DNA from: Candidatus Omnitrophota bacterium
GTDB lineage: Bacteria > Omnitrophota > Gorgyraeia > Tantalellales > Tantalellaceae
Assembly (NCBI GenBank): GCA_034723315.1
Contig: JAYEOV010000055.1
Coordinates: forward strand, 507 to 64,506
Length of the DNA stretch: 64,000 nt
Direction: 5' to 3'
A program made the translations under genes and the position numbers. Shown piece after piece: positions 1 to 9,410 of this stretch; within the stretch, counting starts at the first letter, position 1, and every line of letters begins with the position of its first letter. The notes under the pieces were generated by a model, which was not told where the DNA came from, searched no databases, and worked only from the letters and a program-made list of their open reading frames with translations.

Positions 1-3
1 TCA

Positions 4-224
4 GAATTGGGGACATTCCTCAAGGGGACATGCCTCAAGTAGAAAAACGGCGGTATTGGGTATAAAAGCTGAAGTTTCGGGGACACGCCTGTTCTAGGCG
101 CCGATTCTGCTCGTTGAAGTTCCGGGGACACGCCCGTTGTTAACGCCGAGTAGTTATTGCTGAAGTTCCGGGGACACGCCCGTTGTAAACGACACGTGGG
201 GGCGCCCAGGCATGTCCCCGGAAT
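4..224. repeat. GGGGACA-core REP-like repeat cluster: three ~37-bp direct copies at 45-46 bp period, two short copies and one inverted copy
   Basis: TGAAGTTYCGGGGACACGCCYGTT at ~70, ~115 and ~161; GGGGACAT at ~9 and ~24; inverted GGCATGTCCCCGGAA at ~209. Confidence 0.75.
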
Positions 225-237
225 ATATTTTTATATT

Positions 238-2388
238 TTAAAATCTTATGGTAACACCCCATTCGTAGGTTCTTTCAGGCGCGGGGTAAAAGGCGGTGTT
301 CCCTATCCAGTTCCGCGTGGCGTTGGAAAAATACTTCTCTCCTATCAAATTTCGCATAACACCGAAGAGTCGTATATAGTCGGTCTCGACACTCACCCCC
401 AGATCGATAGTAACATGTCCCTTCAGCGGAGAACTGTTATGTTTCGGGTCACTCGCGATGTATCTGGATCCCGTGTAATTCACGGCAAAATTCACATTCA
501 ACGGCTCGACCGGCTTAACATCAAAACCGCCGGAGATCTTGTGTTCCGGCACCAGCGGCATCATGTATGAATCGTATTCTCCCCCTTCAAAAAGAGCTTT
601 CTGGAAAGTATAGTTGAAGAACGCGGTCAGCTTCTCAAACATTCTCGTCCGCGCTTCAAGTTCAAGGCCGTGATGAAATGTATGGTCGTAGTTCTCGTTC
701 CGGAAAGAGACGGGATCATAATATATTTCGTTCTTATTATCGATAAAGTAATACGCCGCGTTTATATTAAGGCCTTCTATCGAATTGTCCTTAATACCTA
801 CCTCGTAATTGTTCCCTGTCTGATGCTTCAAGTCCACATTAAGTACCGCGGGAAAAACCCTTACGGCGAACGTCCACCAGTCAAACGTCTCGTAAGCCGA
901 CTGGAAGAACTCATCCGTTGTCGGGAACCTGTAAGAACGGGCATAATTGGCGTAAACCTGTGACCGCTCATTGTATTTGAAGCCCAGTCCTGCATCGAGC
1001 GCGATCTCTTTTGGGCTCCGTTTGTCGTATGAACCGGCTGGCTGGAACTGGCTGAAGACATACTCGGCCCATTCGCCCCTGACGCCCCCGTTCATAATAA
1101 AACGCTTATTGATGAGCATGTTGTCCGAGGCGTATATGCCGATCGTTTCCTTAATTATATCTACCTGCGACTTCGTGAAAGTGATGTCCCCGCTCAGGAC
1201 CTGGTCCTTCGCGTAAAAATAATCCGCCCCGAAGACAAGCTTATTTTCCAGAGAACCGTCAAAAAATTCGGAATTTATCTCGCATTTCGGCCGGATCTCG
1301 CATGAAGCAATATGGTGATTTGTTTCATACCGGTTAAACCCCACGTCAAGAGCGTTCACCCTCCTTGACCTGTAAGACATCAGGCATGACAAGACCCCCT
1401 CGTGATACCCGTCGCCGCCGAACAGCCTTGGATTTACCGTAAAATAATAATCTTCCGTTTTCGCCTTGCTGTCGGGGAAACGAGTGCCCTCCCTCCCGTC
1501 CTGCTGCATGTTGCCATCATATAACGCTCCGGGTTGACCGTACCAGTCCCTGTGATAACCTGAAGAGAAGTGAACATCCACAAAATCATCCGGCCTGATC
1601 GTAATACTCGTGAATATATCATTTGCCTCATAGGCGTTGTTGGCCCTGTACCCGTCCGAATCCTGATAGGAATAGCTGAAAAAATAATCCATGAGATCAT
1701 GGCCCCCGTTCACGGAAAAATACTGTTTCCAGTACCTGAAGCTGCCGTATTCCTGGGTATATTCTATGTGGTCGCCTTTTTCGCCTCTTTTGGTGATGAT
1801 ATTTATAACCCCCCCGGTCGCGTTATCCCCGTACAGAACGGAATTAGCTCCTCTTATTATCTCTATCCTGTCGACCGCATTGATGTCTATCTGTGACAGG
1901 TCGGGCCCCGATAGATCTATCTGATTCGTCCTCCTGCCGTCTATCAGGATGACACAGTTCAAAAGCCCCGTTTCACCGAAACCTCTCATTCCGACGTTAC
2001 TGTCTTTCGCGTTACCAAGGTAACCGTTAATAACGATGCCGGATTCCCTGATAAGTATCTGTTGCAGGTCCTGCGGATTGGCCTGTTCTATCTCCTCACT
2101 CGTGATAACGCTCGCGTTCTTATTGATATTATAGACATATTCCATGGTCCTTCCCGGTGTTACTACCATATCGCCAAGATCGAACAGCGGCGAAAGAGCT
2201 ATTTCGGCGGGATCGAAGATAAGGTCCACGAAATCCCCTCCCCGTACCGGCGCAAAGATGACTTTCAGGGGTTTTCGTATAAGATCCGTCAACGTAGCTT
2301 CCTTTTCCTCTTCTTCCGCCGCAAAGACACTCAGTGAAAAACCAAAAAACATCAAAAACATGATCATAAGAACTTTTTTCTTCTTCAT
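238..2388 (-). CDS. btuB: TonB-dependent outer membrane receptor, probably for cobalamin (BtuB-like)
   Basis: Signal peptide, DMVVT TonB-box-like segment, plug motifs ILIDGRR and IEIIRGANSVLYGDNATGGVINIITK, C-terminal Phe; cobalamin riboswitch upstream. Confidence 0.8.
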   Translation of the reverse strand: MKKKKVLMIMFLMFFGFSLSVFAAEEEEKEATLTDLIRKPLKVIFAPVRGGDFVDLIFDPAEIALSPLFDLGDMVVTPGRTMEYVYNINKNASVITSEEIEQANPQDLQQILIRESGIVINGYLGNAKDSNVGMRGFGETGLLNCVILIDGRRTNQIDLSGPDLSQIDINAVDRIEIIRGANSVLYGDNATGGVINIITKRGEKGDHIEYTQEYGSFRYWKQYFSVNGGHDLMDYFFSYSYQDSDGYRANNAYEANDIFTSITIRPDDFVDVHFSSGYHRDWYGQPGALYDGNMQQDGREGTRFPDSKAKTEDYYFTVNPRLFGGDGYHEGVLSCLMSYRSRRVNALDVGFNRYETNHHIASCEIRPKCEINSEFFDGSLENKLVFGADYFYAKDQVLSGDITFTKSQVDIIKETIGIYASDNMLINKRFIMNGGVRGEWAEYVFSQFQPAGSYDKRSPKEIALDAGLGFKYNERSQVYANYARSYRFPTTDEFFQSAYETFDWWTFAVRVFPAVLNVDLKHQTGNNYEVGIKDNSIEGLNINAAYYFIDNKNEIYYDPVSFRNENYDHTFHHGLELEARTRMFEKLTAFFNYTFQKALFEGGEYDSYMMPLVPEHKISGGFDVKPVEPLNVNFAVNYTGSRYIASDPKHNSSPLKGHVTIDLGVSVETDYIRLFGVMRNLIGEKYFSNATRNWIGNTAFYPAPERTYEWGVTIRF

Positions 2389-2555
2389 TTTTCTCCTTCA
2401 ATTACAGTTTCAAATCACGAAATAACGGTGTTTACAACTTAGTCGGCCTTCGGGCGAACTTCTTACCTGTCCCGTTCCAGGCCGCGAACAAAGTTGTCGC
2501 CATGGGTTCGCTAAAAAAATCCCCCTGGCCCCCTTTTTCAAAGGGGGGAGGCGAT

Positions 2556-2590
2556 AAAAAAAGCCCTTGACGCACTATACGTCAAGGGCT
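2556..2590 (-). terminator. Intrinsic terminator in the receptor leader (riboswitch expression platform)
   Basis: Minus strand AGCCCTTGACG-tatagtg-CGTCAAGGGCT followed by a T-run. Confidence 0.8.
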
Positions 2591-2638
2591 ACCCGTTTTT
2601 TTAACCCGTATATTGACCCCGGCGGCATCCTCGTGCCC

Positions 2639-2818
2639 AGAACCCATTTCACAACCCTGTTCTACTGCGGCTGGCTGCAAAAACCATTGACTGCGTTTTC
2701 GGGGCAAAATGTCCTCAACGTAGCGCACCGGCTACGTTTCCGGGCATTTTGCCCCTCAGGCCTTGTCAATGGCCTTTTCGCTCAGCCTCGCAACGAACAA
2801 GGTTATGAAATGGGTTCT
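2639..2818 (+). mobile_element. 180-bp foldback MITE, copy 1
   Basis: Terminal inverted repeat AGAACCCATTTCAYAACCYTGTT; near-identical copies at 14152 and 41232. Confidence 0.85.
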
Positions 2819-2835
2819 ACTGGATACTATTTAAG

Positions 2836-3035
2836 CGCAGGCAGGTCTTCTGACTTCCCCGCCTTTTTGGCCGCCTTCCCATCCCGGCATCGCGGAACAG
2901 TGGCTTAATCGCCAAAAAGATTCTCCCTTTTCCGGAGGAAAAGGGCGGGGTTACAGCGGCGGGACCGCGTCCGACTCTCACGGACTTCCCTTTTAAGATC
3001 TCCCGATCGCCTGCGCGATTATCTTAGAACCTCAA
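2836..3035 (-). ncRNA. Cobalamin (AdoCbl) riboswitch aptamer
   Basis: Minus-strand motifs AAAGGGAAGTCCGTGAGAGTCGGACGCGGTCCCGCCGCTGTAA, GCCACTG, GGGAAGGC and B12-box AGTCAGAAGACCTGCC. Confidence 0.92.
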
Positions 3036-3042
3036 CTATGAA

Positions 3043-3546
3043 CTATCCTGTCAAAAGAACTTTTCTATATCTTGTCTCGCCCACAAGCCTGCGGGCAAGT
3101 TCATAAGATCCGAAAATGACGAACGCAAAAAGGACGTTCCCCATCAGCGTGTTCCTGAGGAACGGTAAAGCTTTTATGTAGCACGTGGCAAAACCTTCCA
3201 GTGTGCGCGGATACCACGCCAGCCAGACACCGAAATTCGTTATTATAAAAAAAACAAGCGATGAAAAGACCGTGGCTCCGAATATCGCCATCGGCGTCCT
3301 TCGATCCCTCAGCCACATACCCATATAGCCGATAAGGATAAACGCCCCCCATGTATAAAGAAAAACGCCATGCAGCCCTATTATAAGATCGCTGATGACC
3401 ATTATCGCGAGAGGGACCCAGGGCACTATCCTCTTGTCCAGATACGTCCCTGCAAAGAGCGCTATGGCTGCCACAGGCGCCATGTTCGGCACGTGGGGAA
3501 CCAGTCTCATCATAAACCCGACCAGTATGAGCAGATAAGCTATCAT
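3043..3546 (-). CDS. DUF6580-like putative membrane transport protein (ECF S-component-like)
   Basis: RLVPHVPNMAPVAAIALFAG and FFIITNFGVW motifs; multiple TM helices; next to a B12 locus. Confidence 0.65.
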   Translation of the reverse strand: MIAYLLILVGFMMRLVPHVPNMAPVAAIALFAGTYLDKRIVPWVPLAIMVISDLIIGLHGVFLYTWGAFILIGYMGMWLRDRRTPMAIFGATVFSSLVFFIITNFGVWLAWYPRTLEGFATCYIKALPFLRNTLMGNVLFAFVIFGSYELARRLVGETRYRKVLLTG

Positions 3547-3558
3547 AAATTCCTCCTT

Positions 3559-3655
3559 TCAGCTATCAGCTTTCAGTCTTCAGCTTTCAGATGTCAGCTA
3601 TCAGCTGTCAGATATTCAGTATCAGAAAGCTGAAGGCTGAAAGCTGACGACTAAC
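3559..3655. repeat. Inverted heptamer-repeat hairpin (TCAGCTN)n/(GCTGAAN)n
   Basis: About ten TCAGNNN units followed by GCTGAAG GCTGAAA GCTGACG. Confidence 0.85.
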
Positions 3656-3720
3656 TTCATTTCCTTCCCCCGGTCTATCTTGCATAAGATATAACACTAT
3701 TTTCCACAAACCAAGCTCTC

Positions 3721-4572
3721 TCAGGAAGAAATTTTTGAAAGAAGATACGAAAGAGCGGTTCCCGCGATAAAAGTCCCGAAACAAAACAGGCCCTTCTCCC
3801 CGCCTCCCGGGAGCCCCGGGAAGATCTTGTAGAGCGAGGCAAAGATAAGGCCCAGTATAAAATAATACGTTATGGAAGGTATCTTCTCCAGACAAGCCTC
3901 TATGACCTTTGAAAATACCAGTATACCGGCAGCCGCCCCCAGGGCCATGACAGCAAGAGGCCTGATAGCAAGATCTTTAATGGCGGATATGATAAGCGCG
4001 TACTGTCCCAGCAGGACAAGTATGAACGAACCGCTCACACCCGGGACTATCATGGCGCCGCCCGCGAGAAAACCCGCGATGAGTATCATAAGATACGTTC
4101 CCCTGTCAAGGACCGAGGCATCAGGAACCACGGAAGCGCCCGTCTCGCCGTAATTCTTCCCGATAAGCGACAGGCCAAGAACGATTATCATGCCAAGGAC
4201 AAAAGCCAGTATCCTCAGGGTCCTGATCCTCATATCCCCGTGAGACCTTACAACCGCGGGGATCCCGCCGATTATCAGCCCCATGAACATGAACATGGTC
4301 TCTTGAAACCGGCTGGCAAGAAGATAATCCATCAGGTTCGCCAGGAGAACGATCGCAACCGCAGCGGCGATGAATATCCTGGCAAGAAAAAACACGTATT
4401 CCCCGCGCCTGTCAGGTTCGTTAAAAAACCTGGCTATGGATTCTATAAGCCTGTCGTATATCCCAAGAATGACCGCGATGGTCCCCCCCGATACACCGGG
4501 GATTATGTTCGCGACACCGATGGCTCCTCCCTTAATAAAAAGAACAAGTGTTTCCTTTATCGCCTTCCTCAT
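3721..4572 (-). CDS. DUF368 family membrane protein (putative undecaprenyl-phosphate translocase)
   Basis: KGGAIGVANIIPGVSGGTIA and second repeat AMIVPGVSGSFIL. Confidence 0.85.
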   Translation of the reverse strand: MRKAIKETLVLFIKGGAIGVANIIPGVSGGTIAVILGIYDRLIESIARFFNEPDRRGEYVFFLARIFIAAAVAIVLLANLMDYLLASRFQETMFMFMGLIIGGIPAVVRSHGDMRIRTLRILAFVLGMIIVLGLSLIGKNYGETGASVVPDASVLDRGTYLMILIAGFLAGGAMIVPGVSGSFILVLLGQYALIISAIKDLAIRPLAVMALGAAAGILVFSKVIEACLEKIPSITYYFILGLIFASLYKIFPGLPGGGEKGLFCFGTFIAGTALSYLLSKISS

Positions 4573-4611
4573 TTTGTATACCTCCGGGGTTCCAGGATCC
4601 TGCCCCCCCTG

Positions 4612-5256
4612 CTACCGGTCACTCCATCCGTCTTTACCAACAAGCGGCACGAAAACACAGCCGCAAATGTCTTCCCTGACGAATTTATCGCCTTTTCTTT
4701 CTATCGCCATCAGCATCTGTCCCCACATGCTTCCGACCGGGATCACCAGGCGGCCCCGTTCGGAAAGCTGATCCTTCAATGACTCGGGCACATGCGGAGC
4801 CCCCGCAGTGACGATTATGCCGTCAAAAGGCGCCTTCTCCTCCCAGCCTTTCGTCCCATCGCCGCAGGCAAACTCTATGTTGGCGTATTCTTCCTCTCGC
4901 AGGACTTTTTTCGCGTGTTCAAGAAGCCGTTCCTCTCTCTCTATCGTGTAAACCCGGCCGCATATCTCCGCCAGAATGGCCGCCTGATAACCGCTCCCCG
5001 TGCCTATTTCGAGAACTTTATCCCCTCCTCCAAGCCGGAGGCTTTCTGTCATGACCGCGACCATGTAGGGCTGCGAAATGGTCTGTCCGTGGCCGATAGG
5101 AAGCGGCCGGTCCGCATAGGAAGCGACATCAAAAGGAGTCGGCACAAAACGGTGCCTCTTGACCTCCATGAATGCCTTCAGGACCCTGGGGTCGCTGATA
5201 CCCCTCAGCCTCAACTGCTCTTCAACCATCCGTTTTCGCTGCTTTTCGTAATCCAT
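4612..5256 (-). CDS. pcm: Protein-L-isoaspartate O-methyltransferase
   Basis: GQTISQPYMVA, VLEIGTGSGYQAA, APFDGIIVTAG, FVPLVG. Confidence 0.95.
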   Translation of the reverse strand: MDYEKQRKRMVEEQLRLRGISDPRVLKAFMEVKRHRFVPTPFDVASYADRPLPIGHGQTISQPYMVAVMTESLRLGGGDKVLEIGTGSGYQAAILAEICGRVYTIEREERLLEHAKKVLREEEYANIEFACGDGTKGWEEKAPFDGIIVTAGAPHVPESLKDQLSERGRLVIPVGSMWGQMLMAIERKGDKFVREDICGCVFVPLVGKDGWSDR

Positions 5257-5959
5257 CGGAATTGGAGTAATGCCTCAAAACAAGCTTGAAGAATTTTATC
5301 GTATCGCGGACCGGATCGATCTTTGAGATCTCCTCGCCGTATATCGTCTGTATCGGAACGGACTTGATGGTCATGCCCCTTTCCGCGGCCTGAAGAAGCA
5401 TCTCGGACTCGATATCGTATTTTTTTGATATCAATTTCAGCTTTTTTAAAGATCCCACTTTTATAAGCCTGTAGCCGCACTGGGTGTCCAGTATGCGCTG
5501 CCCGCATAACACGGACAGCACCCAGGACATGAACCTGTTCGTCCAGTAGCGGGACGGCGGCATCGTCTTTGTCTCCTGCATTCGGTTGCCGATCACGATA
5601 TCGGTTTCTTCCTCCCGGGTCGCTTTCATCAACCCGGGCACATCTTCCGTGTGGTGCTGGCCGTCCCCGTCCATTATTATCATCCACTCGAACCTGGTCT
5701 TCTCCAGGACGTACCTTATCCCCTCCCTTACTGAATTTCCTTTTCCGAGATTTCTCCTGTGACGGATCACCATGGCTCCGCTATCAAGAGCTATCCGCTC
5801 GGTATTGTCAACCGACCCGTCGTCTATAACAAGGACGCTCAAACCCATTTCCACGATATCCGAGACAATACCCCCTATTGTCCTCGCCTCGTTATACGAA
5901 GGAATGACCACTATTGTGTTATCTTTTGTTGATCCCATATTTTCTTGAACGCGTACCAC
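5222..5959 (-). CDS. Glycosyltransferase family 2 (polyprenol-phosphate glycosyltransferase-like)
   Basis: VVIPSYNEA, VIDDGSVD, NLGKG, MDGDGQH, DTQCGYR; start may be a few codons downstream. Confidence 0.88.
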   Translation of the reverse strand: MVRVQENMGSTKDNTIVVIPSYNEARTIGGIVSDIVEMGLSVLVIDDGSVDNTERIALDSGAMVIRHRRNLGKGNSVREGIRYVLEKTRFEWMIIMDGDGQHHTEDVPGLMKATREEETDIVIGNRMQETKTMPPSRYWTNRFMSWVLSVLCGQRILDTQCGYRLIKVGSLKKLKLISKKYDIESEMLLQAAERGMTIKSVPIQTIYGEEISKIDPVRDTIKFFKLVLRHYSNSDGLRKAAKTDG

Positions 5960-6822
5960 TGGTCCGGATACTTCCTTATATATTTCTCGAAAAGCCCCAG
6001 ATACTTTTTCATGAGCTCTCTCAGATCATTCTCATAATCTCCCGTGCCGGAATATCTTATGGGAGGCTCGAAACACAGCATAAATCGGTCGTCTTTCTTT
6101 CTCACGAAGGCACTCATTATTATAGGCGCACCCGTTTTCAGGGAAAAAGCCGCGGGCCCCTTGGGCATCAACGCCTTTTTCCCGAAAAAATCAACATGGA
6201 TCCCCGTTGAGGTGTAATCCTTGTCGCCAACGATGACCAATAACTCTTTATTACGAAGCACCCTGAAGCATTCTTTTATCTGCACGCTCACGGGAATGGA
6301 CCCAGGGTCATCGACCGACCTCTGACGAACGGGTATACCTCTGACGCCGTGAATAGATCTTCTTTTTTTAAAGAAGTCATTTATGCGCGGGTTGGCATGT
6401 TCAAGCACGATGGCGTTAAAGGGATATTTAAGCGCAGGCATTACCGCGCCTCCCATTTCCCAGTTGCCGAGATGAAGGGCGACAAGAATGACCCCCTTCC
6501 CCTCCGAAAGGCATTCCTCAATATACTCCAGCCCCGATATCTCGATGTTTTCTGATATAAAATCCCCGGTAATTTTCTGGAACTTGAAAAAATCAGCGAG
6601 ATGTTTGGCGAAGTTACGGAACACGTTCAGGATACACCTTTCAATGGTATTCTCATCAACGTCCTCACCGAGTATCACCTCGAGGTTGGCCCTTAACTCC
6701 TCCTTATCCCTGCTGGCGAATAAATAGTATCCTCTGGCGACCAGTTCCGCAATAGCATAGCACATCTTGCGGGGCATGATCCTGGTAAGATAAAACCCTA
6801 TAATGTAAAGCGCGTATAACAT
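5911..6822 (-). CDS. LpxL/PatA-family lipid acyltransferase
   Basis: GKGVILVALHLGNWE catalytic motif, FFGK, GPAAFSLKTGAPI, IRKYPDQW. Confidence 0.85.
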   Translation of the reverse strand: MLYALYIIGFYLTRIMPRKMCYAIAELVARGYYLFASRDKEELRANLEVILGEDVDENTIERCILNVFRNFAKHLADFFKFQKITGDFISENIEISGLEYIEECLSEGKGVILVALHLGNWEMGGAVMPALKYPFNAIVLEHANPRINDFFKKRRSIHGVRGIPVRQRSVDDPGSIPVSVQIKECFRVLRNKELLVIVGDKDYTSTGIHVDFFGKKALMPKGPAAFSLKTGAPIIMSAFVRKKDDRFMLCFEPPIRYSGTGDYENDLRELMKKYLGLFEKYIRKYPDQWYAFKKIWDQQKITQ

Positions 6823-6856
6823 GTCTGTCCTGAGCGTTGTGAGACGTTCACCATGT

Positions 6857-7969
6857 TTAGAACGCCAGCCTTGCTATGTCCAAAGCGCTGTCCGGCTTAG
6901 AAAGTATTTCCACATTTTTCTTCATCTTTTCCAGAACACCCTCCAAATCAAACAGCCCGTTTATCATCCCGGGTATCTGATCGAAATCCTGGATCTCGAC
7001 CGCAGCGCCTCTTTCCACCAGGTAATCCGTATTCATGCGCTCGTGGCCCGGGATCGGTTTAACTATCATTATGGGCAGTTTCTTGACCAGGGCCTCAGCC
7101 ATGGTCATACCCCCGGCCTTCGTGATAATGATATCCGAGGCCTCCATCAATTCGTCAATGTTCTCCACATAGGACATGACACTTAACTTCGTCCCGCCCT
7201 TGCTCCTTTTCAGCCTGAAAAGCTTTTTATAAAGCTTTTTGTTCGCCCCCGAAACCACTAAAAGCTGATAATTGTGTTCGAGGTCCCGCAGGAGCAGCCT
7301 GACAACTTCCTCCACAGCTCCCAGTCCCTGACTTCCCCCCATTATAAGTATCACGGGATCTCTTTCCGAAAACCCCAGTGATTTCTTTATCCCTCGGATA
7401 TCATGCTCCCTGCGAAACTTGGGATCCACGGGTATGCCGAACACCCTGATCTTGCCGGGCGGAATACCTTTTTTTTCCAGTATACCGGCTGTCTCCTCCG
7501 AAGGCGCCACGTATATGTCTACCTCATCATAGAGCCAATATGAATGGGGCGCGTGATCCGTCAGGACACCTATCAACGGGATCTTCCTGCCACTGGACCT
7601 TTTGTAATCCGCGACCATCCCGCAGGGAAAGGCCTGGGTACAAAAGATCACGTCCGGTGAACGCGATTCAAGAAGTTTTTTTACCTTGGACATGTTGAAC
7701 TTGTGGAGAGCTTTCCTGGCCTTTTTGGTCTTGTTCATTACGTCCGGATTATCGTAAATATGTTCCCATATCTCCGGCTTTTTCTTTATTATTTCCAAAT
7801 AGGCCTTATTGATGATACTTCCGAGTATGGGATTCGTATATCTGAGGGCGTTTATCTTTTCTATCTCGATATTCCTGTCGAGCTCCATGAGACCTTTCTC
7901 AATGGCATTAGCGGCATGAAAATGACCGGAATATTTCGATATATAAAAAATTAAAGCTTTTTTACTCAT
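6857..7969 (-). CDS. MGDG synthase/UgtP-like glycosyltransferase (GT28)
   Basis: SGHFHAANA, GVLTDHAPHSYW, GIPVDPKF, MGGSQGLG, ITKAGGMT, PIPGHERMN. Confidence 0.85.
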   Translation of the reverse strand: MSKKALIFYISKYSGHFHAANAIEKGLMELDRNIEIEKINALRYTNPILGSIINKAYLEIIKKKPEIWEHIYDNPDVMNKTKKARKALHKFNMSKVKKLLESRSPDVIFCTQAFPCGMVADYKRSSGRKIPLIGVLTDHAPHSYWLYDEVDIYVAPSEETAGILEKKGIPPGKIRVFGIPVDPKFRREHDIRGIKKSLGFSERDPVILIMGGSQGLGAVEEVVRLLLRDLEHNYQLLVVSGANKKLYKKLFRLKRSKGGTKLSVMSYVENIDELMEASDIIITKAGGMTMAEALVKKLPIMIVKPIPGHERMNTDYLVERGAAVEIQDFDQIPGMINGLFDLEGVLEKMKKNVEILSKPDSALDIARLAF

Positions 7970-9150
7970 ACTTCCATTTCAAGGACCTTCTTGATCCTCT
8001 CGGCAGCCTCGACCAGTCTGCCCTCTTCTTCAACAAGGGCAAAACGGACGTACCCTTCACCGTACTCCCCGAATCCCGTCCCGGGCGCCAGCACAACCCC
8101 CACCTCCCTTATGAGCAGGGAAACGAATTCCATGGAAGTCAGCGCGCTGTATTTGTCCGGTATTCTCGCCCAGAGATAGAAAGTGGCCTTTGGTTTTGGG
8201 ACTTCCCACCCGATCCTGGAGAGGGCGCCGATCATCGTGTCGCGCCTCCTTTTGTAGATCCGGACCTGTTTGCGGACACAGTTTTGCGGACCGGTCAGCG
8301 CTTTAATTGCGGCATACTGTATGGGCTTGAACAGTCCGAAATCGATATACCCTTTAGTCTTCGCCAGTGAAGCCAGTATCCCGGAGTTCCCCACCGCGAA
8401 CCCGATACGCCATCCTGCCATATTGTATGACTTGCTCAGCGTATGGAACTCCACGGACACCCGTCGCGCTCCCGGGATCTCGAGGATGCTGGGAGCGACA
8501 TAACCGTCAAAAACTATATCGGAATAAGCAAGGTCCTGCACAAGTATGATCTGATGCTTCCTTGTAAATGACACGGCTTTCCTGAAGAAAGCTTTACTGG
8601 CGACCGCGGCGGTAGGGTTATGCGGGTAACTAAGAAAGATTATTTTTGACTTTTTCAAGATCTTCTGCGGTATCGAGTCAAAATCGGGCAGAAAGTCGTG
8701 TTCCTCGCTTATCGGCAGATTGTGAAGTATACCCCCGGCGATGAGCACCCCGTTGAAATGAACCGGATAAGCGGGATTTGGCACTAGAGCTATATCGTCG
8801 CTGTTAAGAAAGGCCAGTGATATATGCGCAATGCCTTCCTTGGACCCGATAAGCGGCAGGACTTCCTTGTCCGGATCCAGGTTCACACCAAACTTTGTTT
8901 TGTACCACCCGGATATGGCCCGGCGCAGCTCGCATTCCGAAGGGTCTATCGACCTGGAATAGCGGTAGTTCTTTGGGTCTCTTGCGGTCCTGCAAAGTTC
9001 GTCAACTATGTGCCGGGACGTAGGCAGATCGGGGTTCCCCATGCCCAGATCTATTATGTTTATGCCCCGTTCTTTCGCTTCCTTTTTAAGATCGTCTATG
9101 ATAGTGAAAAGGTATAACGGCAATCTTTTCATCCTGTTCGCTTCTTCCAT
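7966..9150 (-). CDS. Class I/II PLP aminotransferase (LL-diaminopimelate aminotransferase/AlaC-like)
   Basis: IIDLGMGNPD, IGSKEGIAH, YPHNPT, LSKSYNMAGWRIG, PGTGFGEYGEGYVRFAL. Confidence 0.85.
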   Translation of the reverse strand: MEEANRMKRLPLYLFTIIDDLKKEAKERGINIIDLGMGNPDLPTSRHIVDELCRTARDPKNYRYSRSIDPSECELRRAISGWYKTKFGVNLDPDKEVLPLIGSKEGIAHISLAFLNSDDIALVPNPAYPVHFNGVLIAGGILHNLPISEEHDFLPDFDSIPQKILKKSKIIFLSYPHNPTAAVASKAFFRKAVSFTRKHQIILVQDLAYSDIVFDGYVAPSILEIPGARRVSVEFHTLSKSYNMAGWRIGFAVGNSGILASLAKTKGYIDFGLFKPIQYAAIKALTGPQNCVRKQVRIYKRRRDTMIGALSRIGWEVPKPKATFYLWARIPDKYSALTSMEFVSLLIREVGVVLAPGTGFGEYGEGYVRFALVEEEGRLVEAAERIKKVLEMEV

Positions 9151-9152
9151 TT

Positions 9153-9410
9153 TCAGCTCCTGTCCACCTTTATCCTGGCTATTATTTCGCCTGCCCTGAC
9201 TTCTTCGCCTTCTTTTTTCAAGATCTTTATCAACACCCCTGCGCAGGGTGAAGGAACGTCAAAAGTGGCCTTGTCGGTAGCCACTTCCAAAAGGTCTTGA
9301 TCCTTCACCACATACCCGTTCTGCGTGACATGCCAGGCAGTTATGACCGTTTCGCCCCCGTTCTCAGAAAGTTCCGGCAATCTCAGATCCACTATAGTTC
9401 CAGTGTTCAT
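9153..9410 (-). CDS. Stand-alone lipoyl (biotin/lipoyl attachment) domain protein
   Basis: LPELSE, LLEVATDKATFDVPSP (lipoyl Lys in DKA); start moved to MNTGT. Confidence 0.8.
   Translation of the reverse strand: MNTGTIVDLRLPELSENGGETVITAWHVTQNGYVVKDQDLLEVATDKATFDVPSPCAGVLIKILKKEGEEVRAGEIIARIKVDRS

Noticed and set aside
68-195. CRISPR array
   Set aside because: Linkers are only 8-9 nt, the repeats are degenerate, an inverted copy closes the cluster and no cas genes are in the window.
2567-2908. 113-aa plus-strand ORF and similar ORFs at 14074-14337 and 21809-22000 as a protein family
   Set aside because: Their similarity comes entirely from the MITE; they overlap the riboswitch or other repeats and lack ribosome-binding sites.
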